A stretch of DNA of 64,000 bases from the human T2T-CHM13v2.0 reference genome, Homo sapiens. The position numbers and the translations under genes were made by a program. The DNA is taken from the NCBI RefSeq assembly GCF_009914755.1, contig NC_060925.1, one strand, 5' to 3'. The notes under the pieces are model-generated. The model did not search any database, was not told the DNA's origin, and saw nothing but the letters and a program-made list of their open reading frames with translations. Below, in pieces: positions 20,671 through 39,450 of the stretch. Every line of letters starts with the position of its first letter. The first letter of the stretch is position 1.

Positions 20671-21374
20671 GAAATGTCTGCATAAATTCAAAGACGAAAA
20701 ATGGGGGAAGAAATGCAGGACCGCCTTAAGGATGAAACCAAAAGAGAAGATGGAGAGAACATCTGGCTGGGTTTAGGTCGTGGTTCTGCCATGTGGCTTC
20801 CCTACTTTCTTTTAGGCAACAGATTCAATGGGCACCTGTTATAGGCCAAGCATTATCGCGGGGCCTGGGGATCCAAGATTAATTAGTAAACAGACGCTGG
20901 ACAATATAGTCTGGAGAAAAACCCAAGTTACCTGCTGCTTACTTTGGGCAGGCCCTTTGGCTTTCTGTAAAACAGGAATAACCACCCCTACCTTGGAAAG
21001 CTGCTATTAGGATGAAGTGAAATATAATCTTCAAGATCACAGCATGTGGCATTATGCAAAATCCAGGGTGCCCCCTTCACCACCAGACTCACTCTCAAGT
21101 CACTTCACAAGTACTAGATACAAAAAAGACAGGTCTCTACGCTCGATCTACAGGAGAAGCCAGGTTTGCTAACAATTACAAAATAGCGTACCACGTGTAA
21201 AAGTCCAGTTAACAGAATGCGGGGGAGTTCAGAGGCCACCTAGTATGTTGGTGTGGCCAGGAGAAGGGGGAGTTGGAAGGCGGCATCTGCTTCCCAGGGG
21301 TGATGCCCCCCGCAGCTGGCTCCTTTCAGCCTTGTAGGAATTCCCTGGGCCCAGTGCCCCAGGGGGCGTCACTA

Positions 21375-22287
<913 letters not shown>

Positions 22288-23014
22288 TTATGAACCCAAA
22301 AATATCTGAGACAGGACTCAATGAAATGTAAAAAGTTTATTTTGCCAAGGTTAAGGACACGCCAGTGTCACAACCCTAGGAGATCGTGACGATGGTGCCC
22401 AGGGAAGTTGGGATGCAGCTTGGTTTTGTACATTTTGGGGAGACGTGAGACATCAATCAACACGTGCGAGTGTACCTTGGTTCAGCCCAGAAAGGCTGGA
22501 CAATTCCAGGAGAGGGCTTTCAGGTCACAGGTAGAGAAGAGACCGGAGGGTGCATTCTTTTGAGTCTTTGTTCAGCCTTTCGCTGACTGCACAATTTATT
22601 ATGCATGTGAGACGCGGGTAGAGGAATAGTCGCTTATGCTTTAGTCTGGCTTACTGAATCTTCATTTCTACGTAAACAGTAGAGCAAAGGAAGCGATCAG
22701 ATATGCATTTGTCTAGGTGAGCAGAGGGATGGCTTTGAGTTCAGTCCTTTGTCTCGCACCTGTGAAGGGAAGCTATCAGTTTGCATTGCCAGGGTGAAAT
22801 TCAACAGAACTGTTTTAGGGTAAAGATCTTGAGGCCCACAGAGAATTTCTTTGTGGGCAAATTGTGAGGGAGGTGTGTAGCTTTAAAAATATGTATTTGT
22901 AACTATCTTATTTAGGAATAAGACGGGAGGCCGATTTGCCCGAAGCAGTTCCCAGCTTGACTTTTTCCTTTGACTTAGTGATTGTGGGGTTTTGAGATTT
23001 ATTTTCCTTTCACA
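22288..23014 (-). mobile_element. Solo LTR, MER4A-like (ERV1)
   Basis: Minus strand begins TGTGAAAGGAAAATAAATCTC...AAGTCAAGCTGGGAACTGCTT, matching the recalled MER4A 5' end. Confidence 0.75.
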
Positions 23015-23104
23015 GGGTGGGGTGCGGGCGGATGGAGGAGCCAGAGTCTGTGCTCTACTGTGCCCCGACCGGCTTGTTTTGGAATTCCTGCACTTTTGAG
23101 TGGT

Positions 23105-25185
<2,081 letters not shown>

Positions 25186-25974
25186 TCCAGGGGCTAATTT
25201 TGAAGGAAACCAGGCTCAGAGACCCAGATGTGGATCCTACTGCTCTGGGGCAGTTAGGAAGAGTGAGCCCACCACTACTGGGCCAAAGTCAGGATGATGC
25301 AAGCTGGACCTTCAGACAGGGTGTTACTCGAGATCACCTTCGGAACAAGACATGCAGCCCTGCACCCCCCTGCACCCCCTTGCACCCTTCTGCATCCTCC
25401 TGCACCACCCCCACATGTTTCCCACACCAAGTTTTCCTTCCAAAACCTCTCACTCAGCCCAGAAGACAGAGGGTCTCTTGGAGGCATGAGCCCAGCCATG
25501 TCCCATCGGCTGGCATTTGTTTAATAAACGGCTTTCCTTCCACCACACCTCGCTTCTCATGTTTTTGGTCTTTGAGCAGCCACGCTTGAGCTGGTTGCAG
25601 ATCTGGTGCCTTGTGTGAGGCACTGTGTTGTGAGTGGCTCAGCCTGTGTACCTGGTTTCCAATGAAGGCAGAGATTGGCCACAGCAGTCCCAGGATTTAC
25701 CCACTCTTGCTGTCAGGCAGGACAGCAGCTGCTTGAAAATGCCAGCTGCTCATGGCCAGCTGACCCCAGGGCTAGGACCTTAGGGAATTCCTAGTGGCTG
25801 CCGAGACTGCCTTTGTCTTGGGGATTTTCCCTTCCCTCTCCTTCATGACATCAGCATCTCTCATGCTCTGCTGGTGGGAGGGAAGCAGTATGTGGGATGT
25901 GAACTGAAGTGCACCTGGAAATCCTCTGCATCTGCCATCTGGGGCTCTAGCTGTCTAGAGCTAGTATTGGTAGT

Positions 25975-26243
25975 CTGTGGTGCCACCTGGGTCTCTGTGC
26001 CATCTGGACCTAACGCAGGTAACTCTGTGGTGCCGCCTGGGTCTCTGTGCCATCTCGACCTAACGCAGGTCGCTCTGTGGTGCCGCCTGGGTCTCTGTGC
26101 CATCTGGACCTAACACAGGTCACTCTGTGGTGCCGCCTGGGTCTCTGTGCCATCTGGACCTAACGCAGGTCACTCTGTGGTGCTGCCTGGGTCTCTGTGC
26201 CATCTGGACCTAACGCAGGTCACTCCATGGTGCTGTCTGGGTC
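25975..26243. repeat. 50-bp minisatellite, about 5.4 copies
   Basis: gtctctgtgc recurs at 25991, 26041, 26091, 26141 and 26191. Confidence 0.95.
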
Positions 26244-26461
26244 TGGGACAGGACCTCAGGACTTTGCTCCAATCTCCCCTCTGTTTGGAGGGATCTGTTT
26301 GGAGGGCTGTGTCTACATTGGATCTATTTGTGTTTGTGTCTCTGTTTAGTGTTGCACCCCCCTCTGAGGGTGCTTAGGCACAGTCTGCATCCCAATGGCC
26401 AAGACTAGGTCCATCTGGTTGTCAGAAAGTAGCAAGATAGGCTGCCCCTCTCCTCACTAGG

Positions 26462-26788
26462 TGTATTTGTACATTTTCACACTGCTGATAAAAACATACC
26501 TGAGACTAAGAAGAAAAAGAGGTTTAATTGGGCTTACAGTTCCACATGGCTGGGGAGGCCTCAGAATCATGACGGGAGGTGAAAGGCACTTCTTACAAGG
26601 CGGTGGCAAGAGAAAATGAAGAAGATGCAAAAGCAGAAACCCCTGATAAAACCATCAGATCTCATGAGACTTATTCACTACCTTGAGAACGGTGTGGGGG
26701 AAACTGCCCCCATGATTCAAATTACCTCCCACCTTCTCCCTCCCACAACCTGTGGGAATTATGGGAGTACAATTCAAGATGAGATTTG
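26462..26788 (-). mobile_element. THE1 (MaLR) LTR, truncated at its 5' end
   Basis: Typical tgtatt..ctgctgataaa..catacctgagact..aattcaagatgagatttg; the terminal ggtggggacacag..atatca is missing. Confidence 0.85.
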
Positions 26789-27069
26789 TGCTGTTATGAC
26801 CGTCCTTGAAGATTTCCCTGAACCAGTTAACATTGTCTCTGATTCAGCGTAGGTACTACATGTTGCTCACAACAATTGAAACTGCCTTAATCCAATTTCT
26901 GCCTGATGATGACCTATTCTTTCTTTTTCAAAGGTTTCAGTCTGTGCCCAGAGCAAGGTCTTCTCCTTTCTACATTACTCACATTTGGGCCCACACACCC
27001 CTCCCCGGACCCCTCTCGCAGCAAATGCTAGAGCTGATACATTAGTTACTCCCGTTTTTACAGATGCAG
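26789..27069 (+). mobile_element. Inverted duplicate of the proviral RNase H segment (copy of 30087-30367)
   Basis: Reverse complement of 30087-30367 with about 13 substitutions and 2 single-base indels by eye. Confidence 0.92.
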
Positions 27070-27559
27070 GTGGAGGAGTAGAGTCTTCTCTAAACTCCCC
27101 CGGGGAAAGGGAGACTCCCTTTCCCGGTCTGCTAAGTAGCAGGTGTTTTTCCTTGACACTGACGCTACCACTAGACCACGGTCTGCTTGGCAACGGGCAT
27201 CTTCCCAGACGCTGGTGTTACCGCTAGACCAAGGAGCCCTCTGGTGGCCCTGTCCGGGCATAACAGAAGGCTCGCGCTTGTCTTCTGGTCACTTCTCACC
27301 ATGTCCCCTCAGCTCCCATCTCTATATGGCCTGCTTTTTCCTAGGTTATGATTATAGAGCGAGGATTATTATAATATTGGAATAAAGAGTAATTGCTACA
27401 AACTAATGATTAATGATATTCATATATAATCATGTCTATGATCTAGATCTAGCATAACTCTTGTTGTTTTATATATTTTATTATACTGGAACAGCTCGTG
27501 CCCTCAGTCTCTTGCCTCAGCACCTGGGTGGCTTGCTGCCCACATCTCCCCCCTTTATA

Positions 27560-28588
27560 TTAACTAGGATCACCATCGCCATCATTGCTTGTCATTGACT
27601 TCGGACTTGTTTTCGGACTCCTTGGAGGGAGGCATCTGCAGACTAAACGGAGACAACATAAGCATACCAATACTAATAATGCCAGTGACAACAATGATCC
27701 TCCAAGGGGTTTGATCCATTTAAAGGGATTAAGATCAGATAATTCTTTAGTTATTCCTTCAAAAATGTCTGAGCCAGGAACAGTGGATGAATGAGCTTGT
27801 GAAGCCTCAAAAATTTGCTCTTTAAGTTTTGAAATATCCAAGGTTAAGTTATCATCCCAGGCTTTTAAATGTCTTGAGACCTTTTCCCAGCTATGTTGAC
27901 CTTTATTATAAGCATAAGGCATTATGCAATAGTCAGAAGTATTCCAATCACACTGTAATTGCATAAGGTGTTCCAAATTCATAACTCTGTCTCTGAGCCA
28001 CATTACACTTTGACGGAGATCATTAATTTGATTGGCTAATTTTTTATCAATTTGAGCCTGAGAATTCCAAAGTCCGGAGGAGTTTTTCTGCCATGCTTTA
28101 ACATATTGAGCGGTTTGAACATAATTGTAGATGGCAACTCCAGCAGCTGCTGCTGCTGCAGTAACTGCAATTAGACCTGCAATGACGGCAATAAGAGTAA
28201 AAATAAATCTCTTTGTTCTTTTGAGGATAACTTTAAGAACTTCATTGACTATGTGAATAGAGGGGGAAGACTCCCAAGGACGATGTAGAGAAACTGGTAT
28301 CCATACCTCCTCCCTAGCCCGTACCAAGAGAATACTTGTAGTGGGAATGAAAGTAGCATCAATGCATGTGAACAGCTGACAGTTATCACATTCTACAGTT
28401 TGTGTACTGGGAATGATAATTATATTTCCAACCAACAGCATGTAAGGGGGTTTGACACAGCTCCTGATGGGTATCACCTGTTCAGATATCAAGGTGATGT
28501 TGAATGTGTGTGTTTTGGTATTAGTGTGAAGGAGTTGATAGGTAGTGTTCCGTATCCTTATTCCTGTCATAGCTGCAGCAATTTCCAT
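27560..28588 (-). pseudogene. HERV-K-type env ORF remnant (C-terminal SU plus TM), 342 codons
   Basis: Furin site KRTKR|[15 protein letters not shown] fusion peptide, heptad [24 protein letters not shown] loop, hydrophobic anchor; no signal peptide. Confidence 0.85.
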
Positions 28589-28704
28589 AATTCAGGATGT
28601 TCTGGGGTAACAATGGGATGAATCATTTTTGGTGTAGGGGGAACAATGCCTGCGTCCATCCATTTAAATGGGTAAGGAGACACCCATTGTCTCAACCTGT
28701 ATGA

Positions 28705-29035
<331 letters not shown>

Positions 29036-29541
29036 CATCCTCTATATAATCTAACAAATAGTTAAACTCCGAGCATTTTGTATTTTGGGTGGAGCAATTT
29101 CGCCAATAATGCCCTTTTGGAGCCCAGTCAATAACAACACCCGTAGGTAGGGTTTGGAACAGTATGGCCTTCGGAGTATTAGAATCATTTCATAAGATTG
29201 AATTTAGTTAAAAAAAGAAAAAAGGCCCCTTTGTAGGTTTCTTGGAGCAGGCTGGCAGTCCTTTTGTTTCTCAGAGTGCCTCATCCTTGGAGTTATAATG
29301 CAATTTCAGTCGCTGGGAGGGAACCCACGCGGGTTGTTGTCCTTTTCCTGGGGAAACAAAAGCGAAACCCCTAGCCCAAGTTATGACTCTGTCTAATTCC
29401 CATTTGTTAGTTTTTGCGTCCTTTCACCATACCCGCATTCGTTTTTGTGGATCAAATTTATTTCCAGTGACATGTGGTTCTGTGGCTGTAAAGTTTGGTT
29501 TCTTGCTGGGTGTAAGAAAGCTCGTGTAAAAAGAGGCAGGT

Positions 29542-31215
29542 TTAACTGAGCATGAGGTGTGGTGCCATCCCCCTTTGTTTTATGTCCTGCTTTCGAAGTT
29601 GACCTTTCAGTGTTTTATTGGCTCGTTCCACCGAGGCCTGTCCTCGAGAGTTACAGGGGATGCTGGTTGTGTGAGCAATTGCCCACGTCTCAGTGAACTT
29701 TTTAAAAGCAGCACTAGTGTAGCTGGGGCTGTTATCAGTTTTCAGTTTCTCGGGACAGCCCATAACGGAGAAACAGGAACGCATATGTCGTTTACCATGA
29801 GCTGTACTTTCCCCTGCGTGACAAGTGGCCCAGATAAAATGAGAAAAAGTGTCGATAGTTACATGTATAAAAGAAAGCTTGCCAAAAGCAGGATAATGAG
29901 TCACGTCCATTTGCCAGAGAGCATTCTGTGAAAGTCCTCTAGGGTTAACTCCTGAGGAAAGTGGCTGTAAGATTAACACTTGGCAAGTAGGACGGTGACG
30001 GACAATGGTTTTAGCTTGTTTCCATGTAAGGGGGAACTTTCTCCGGAGTCCTGCAGCATTGACAGGTGTTAAAGCATGAAAATTTTCTGCATCTGTAAAA
30101 ACGGGAGGAACTAATGTATGAGCTCTGGCATTTGCTGCCGAGAGGGGTCTGGGGAGGGGTGTGTGGGCCCGAATGTGAGCAATGTAGAAAGGAGAAGACC
30201 TTGCTCTGGGCACAGACTGAAACCTTTGAAAAAGAAAGAATAGGTTATCATCGGGCAGAAATTGGATTAAGGCAGTTTCAATGTTGCGAGCAACATGTAC
30301 TACATACGCTGAGTCAGAGACAATGTTAACTGGTTCAGGGAAATCTTCAAAGACGGTCATAACAGCAGGCAGTTCAGCTCGTTGTGCTGAAATAGCCCCT
30401 GTGTTAAGAACACGTTCTCTGGGCCCTGTATATGCTGCTCGGCCATTACAGGAAGCATCAGTAAAAACAGTGACAGCTTCAGCTAATGGGGTGTTTCTAG
30501 TAATGTTAGGTAAAATCCAAGAAGTGAGTTTAAGGAACTGAAATAATTTTACATTAGGATAGTGATTGTCAATTATACCCGAGAAACCTGCCAAGTGTAC
30601 TTGCCAAGTGATACAGGTTGCAAAAGCCTGTTGAACTTCTAATCGAGTGAGGGGAACAATGATTTTTTTGGGCTTAATAACCTGACTTCTAGCTGCATTG
30701 CTAAATAGTGATAAGGAGAAGAAGTCTGGATTTTTTTTTTGTGGAGGGGGCGCAGTAACCAAACCGGCTGCTGCAACTGTTTGTTGTCCTGCAGAAAAAC
30801 AAGATATTAACACGGAGCGTGAAGGTGCCGCGAGATCAGCTGCCTGCTGAGTAAGATCAGCAGGCTGTGGCTGATTTTGTGCCGCAGGGACGGCAGGTAT
30901 TGGAGGTTGTAAAATTACAGGAAATTGCCAGGCGTTGGGATCCCCATATTTTCTTGCCTGTGCTATAGCCCTCATAAGAGGAGTGTCATTTTGAGGAATG
31001 TATGTAACTTGTTGCTTGTGAGCAGCAAGGGTAGACGAGATTACCTGCCGAGCACGTCCTTCATGGGCCTGAAATTCAGGCTGCTGTGGCAACTGCGGAC
31101 CAGGCTTCAAAGGAGTCTGTGACTCCAGGGGAGTCGGATTAGTAGGAAAGGAACCAGGTTTCAAGGGAGCCTGTGACTCTAACCGAGTCTGATTAGGAGG
31201 AAAGGAAACAGGCAT
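29542..31215 (-). pseudogene. 557-codon fused gag / RNase H / integrase ORF of the provirus
   Basis: Gag-like [24 protein letters not shown]; RNase [22 protein letters not shown]; integrase [17 protein letters not shown]. Confidence 0.85.
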
Positions 31216-31533
31216 GAGAAAACCAGGCTATGGAGGGATAGGGTTGAGGGCCTCATTACCGGGCGGAACAGGCAGAAGGTTGAGACCCCTACAGCAGGGC
31301 TGAACAGGGACAGGGTTGAGATAATACAGGAGGGTTTTTATAAAGTTTAAATAAGCTGAGTACTTAGTACTGGCTTGTCCCATGGTGTCCCCGGAATACT
31401 CTGAGTGCTCTAGCTTACCACCAAGCTTACTGACCACAATCCTCAGGAATCTCTGGTCAAAATCCTCTGCTGAATCCCACACTCAGGGTGCAACTTCACA
31501 CAGCGAGAGAGAGCCCCACGTCAGAGCGCCGGA

Positions 31534-32529
31534 TGTAGGGACCAGCCCCACAGTGTTGGTGCGTTCTGCTCCCCATGTGCGGAGATGAGAGATTGTAGAA
31601 ATAAAGACACAAGACAAAGAGATAAAAAGAAAAGACAGCTGGGCCTGGGGGACCACCACCACCAAGACGCGGAGACCGGTAGTGGCCCCGAATGCCTGGC
31701 TGCACTGTTATTTATTGGATACAAACCAAAAGGGACAGGGTAAAGAGTGTGAGTCATCTCCAATGATAGGTAAGGTCACGTGGGTCACATGTCCACTGGA
31801 CAGGGGGCCCTTTCCTGCCTGGCAGCCGAGGCAGAGAGAGAGGGGGAGAGAGAGAGAGACAGCTCACGCCATTATTTCTGCTTATCATAGACTTTTAGTA
31901 CTTTCACTAATTTGCTACTGTTATCTAAAAGGCAAAGCCAGGTGTGCAGGATGGAACATGAAGGCGGACTAGGAGCGTGACCACTGAAGCACAGCATCAC
32001 AGGGAGACGGTTAGGCCTCCGGATAACTGCGGGCGAGCCTAACTGATGTCAGGCCCTCCACAAGAGGTGGAGGAGCAGAGTCTTCTCTAAACTCCCCCAG
32101 GGAAAGGGAGACTCCTAAGTAGCAGGTGTTTTTCCTTGACACTGATGCTACTGCTAGACCACGGTCTGCCTGGCAACGGGCATCTTCCCGGACGCTGGTG
32201 TTACCGCTAGACCAAGGAGCCCTCTGGTGGCCCTGTCCGGGCATAACAGAAGGCTCGCACTCTCGTCTTCTGGTCACTTCTCACCATGTCCCCTCAGCCC
32301 CCATCTCTGTATGGCCTGGTTTTTCCTAGGTTATGATTATAGAGCAAGGATTATTATAATATTGGAATAAAGAGCAATTGCTACAAACTAATGATTAATG
32401 ATATTCATATATAATCATGTCTGTGATCTAGATCTAGTATAACTCTTGTTGTTTTATATATTTTATTATACTGGAATAGCTCGTGCCCTTGGTCTCTTGT
32501 CTCGGCACCTGGATGGCTTGCTGCCCACA
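31534..32529 (-). mobile_element. LTR13 5' LTR
   Basis: TG...CA termini; about 95% identical to 27068-27544 over the shared part. Confidence 0.9.
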
Positions 32530-33019
32530 GATGTCTGGGTCATTTCCAATTCAGAAAAGACTGTGCTATGGGAAAATGTGTTTCTAAAAATTATGGAATT
32601 GTTTCATTTACAAAATAACATCTGATAGTTCAAGATTTCTTGCTTCCTGGGTTTTCACTAAAATTTAAGGTTACTAAGAATAGGAATTCTAATTAATATA
32701 TAATTCTGTAAATTGTGTTATTGAGAGAAAAAATAATTTTATGTAATTTGAAAGTTGTTTAAAAGTTATTTATGAAGAAAGATAAAAAGAAACTAATAGG
32801 TAGGGGAGAGAGTAATAAAACAAGTTTTGGCTATGAAGATGTATTTTTGGTAAGGATATGAAGAAAATAAAATAATTTTATATAAGAAAGGATATTATGT
32901 GGTAAATTCTTATCCTAAAGTAAAATGACTAGAAAAGAGAGAAGTATCAGACACGTCAGAAAGTCCAAACATGTTGTAGATGGTCAGTGTAGGTTGTGAT
33001 AAGGTTTGTAAAGGGCAAT

Positions 33020-33698
<679 letters not shown>

Positions 33699-33877
33699 AA
33701 ACTCACCACTGCACTCCAGCCTGGGTGGCAGAGCCCAGCAGACTCCCAGAGTTGAGGAGACAGCTGAGAAGCCAAGGTCAGGGTGGCTAGGGTCAGGGGA
33801 CAGGGCACCCTTAGCTTGAGCACCTCCACTGAGCACCAGCCACTCTCTTCTTATGGGGCAACTCCCAGCACTGGACA

Positions 33878-35277
<1,400 letters not shown>

Positions 35278-35456
35278 CCAAGTCCTTTTATTGTTGCACA
35301 AATCCAACCATGAGGGCAGGGCCTATGGTCAGGCCCCACCTGTCTATACTGTTGCACTGGGCAGTGAGTTTCCAGCCTGTGAATTTGTGGGGCACATTCA
35401 CCTCCCAGCACCAGGAAACAGAATGCTGCCTGACGCTGCTACCTAGAGTAACACAG

Positions 35457-35913
35457 TGTTGCACGCTGAAAGAGTGAGGGTCATGATCAACTCAGTATAC
35501 CACTGGAGGCGACGTGAGTAAACAGCAAACTGTTTCTCATACATGCAGAATGTTGGCAAACAAACTGCGTCTGCCACCTAGAAGGAATGCTGAGGGCAGT
35601 CACGCCTCAAGCACAGTGTTTCTTGTGATTAGGTACATCTGAAGCCTGTTAGTAACAATATGAACCTGTGATCAATTAAGCAGCTGACCGATCGTTACCT
35701 CCTCCTCCCTCCTCCTGCTACCCAATAAATAGGAAGGGCTGTGGAAGCTCGGGCGGTGCCTTTGCTCACTAGAAGCAGGGAGCTCTCTTCTTCTTCCCCG
35801 TGTTACCCTTCCGTTAAAATAGTTACTTTTGTTTTAAGTTTTCATTTCTATGTTTGTCCCTCTTCCTTCAGTCTCATAATGACGGTCTCAAGTAGTAACA
35901 GCAGTCTGCCACA
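35457..35913 (+). mobile_element. Solo LTR3 (HERVK3/HML-6)
   Basis: TGTTG..GAAAGAGTGAGGGTCATGATCAACTCAGTATACCACTGGAGGC start, CCACA end, internal AATAAA; perfect 6-bp TSD ACACAG at 35451-35456 and 35914-35919. Confidence 0.85.
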
Positions 35914-35981
35914 ACACAGGAGGTGTGAAATCCACATTACAGAGGCAAATGGGTTGCTGAGGACACTGATGTTGGTGATCA

Positions 35982-36697
<716 letters not shown>

Positions 36698-37614
36698 TCA
36701 GAAGTGCTCCCCATTTAGGGGCAGGTGCCTGACACCCTGAGGCCAGCTGTGCAGAGGGCTGGAAAGTGCCTAGAGTGTGTGTCCTCTTCAGTGCACAGCA
36801 AAGGGACCCTCAGTTCCATTTTACAGGTGAGGAAACTGAGGCAGCGGCAAGCTGTGGTCAAACACTCCCTGGTAACTGATCCATCAGTGGAGTCAGGATC
36901 CCCCATACTATTTTCAAGATCCAGAGAGTGCCAAGGTTCCTCTGGACCAGCACCTTCCTCCCTGCAGTCAGAGGGCAGCGGGGGCAGCTTTGTCCTGCAG
37001 CTGTGGCTGTGTGTGCCTGACCGCTAACTCTCTACTCTGTTGTTGAGGATGACAACACCGGCCTTGCATGGTTGTGGTGAGGATTCCGCGGATCCGCCTC
37101 CGTCCCGCTGGGTAGTCTAAGGCCACACCTCCCCGCAGGGTAGGCTCACAGGCTCACTGCCCGAGCCCTGGCCATTACCCTCCTCCCACGGCTCAGCCCA
37201 CCCAGCTTTCCAATCAAGGGTGCCACAGCCACTGCCCCCGGCTTTCCTGGGCAGTAGGCAGGTGACCACCGTACAGTGCTTAGTTGAAAAGCAAAACAGC
37301 CTTGAGGGCTGGTAAAATCCCTCTTTCAAAGGGGGGAAAACCCATGAAGAGACTAGAAAGTATAATCCTCTACTGGGCACAATTAGAGAACTTAGAGAAC
37401 ATTCTGAATTTATTCCACAGGATGAAACTGGTCAATCATTTTCTCTAATCTCCATGTGGCTTCAAATTGTCCAGTTTCTTCAGCAGTGAACTTGTTTTGA
37501 CAAATTACTTATTCTAGGGACCAAACCCTCAGGGCAACTTCATATTTGCCGTGTCTTTTTTCAGCAATTTTCAATCTACTTTCTAAGGTTTCAGGGCTGG
37601 GCTACACTTCCATG

Positions 37615-37699
37615 TTTATTAAAGTAAATGTAATTGACAAATTACTTTTTAATTGTAATGTTGAAATAAAGTGACAAAACATTTAGTGATCTTTTTATT
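37615..37699 (-). terminator. CEP104 distal polyA signal candidates (TTTATT at 37615-37620 and 37694-37699)
   Basis: AATAAA on -, at the end of an AU-rich tract about 3.3 kb past the stop. Confidence 0.6.
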
Positions 37700-38152
37700 A
37701 TATTAATATACTCTGGGTGAATTAACCCTTAAGCCCTAAAACGACAACAAAAATATATTACTTAGATATTTTGTAATTCTGGTACTTGAAATAAAGACAA
37801 ATAGAAAACTATGTTAAAATATTAAAAAGTTGCAAAATTTCATTAAAAACATTTACATTTGTATCCTAATGCCAATTTATACATACAATTCTTTTAAGTT
37901 AGATTTAATGGAATATCTTAACATATGAAAATAATAGAAATAAATATTAAATATTCAGAACATACTCATGAGTGAAAATTCAATTAATTAGTATTCCTAA
38001 TTTAGATATTTATTTATGAATGACCAAGGGATTTTACAGTTCCTTTTTAATTTTTTGTACTTGATTCTTGGTCCCTTAACAATGTATAACCCTGTAAAAC
38101 TCTCAATAGCCACTAATCACTGGTAGGATCATTTCAACAAAAACACATGATT

Positions 38153-39450
<1,298 letters not shown>

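Noticed and set aside
25200-25970. Possible LTR end, PBS and ERV1 internal sequence (continuing at 32530-33010)
   Set aside because: Looks retroviral, but I cannot assign family or boundaries by eye.
25975-26243. Regular repeats resembling a CRISPR array (also 57858-58173 and 59860-60115)
   Set aside because: No unique spacers, no cas genes, and a primate context; these are minisatellites.
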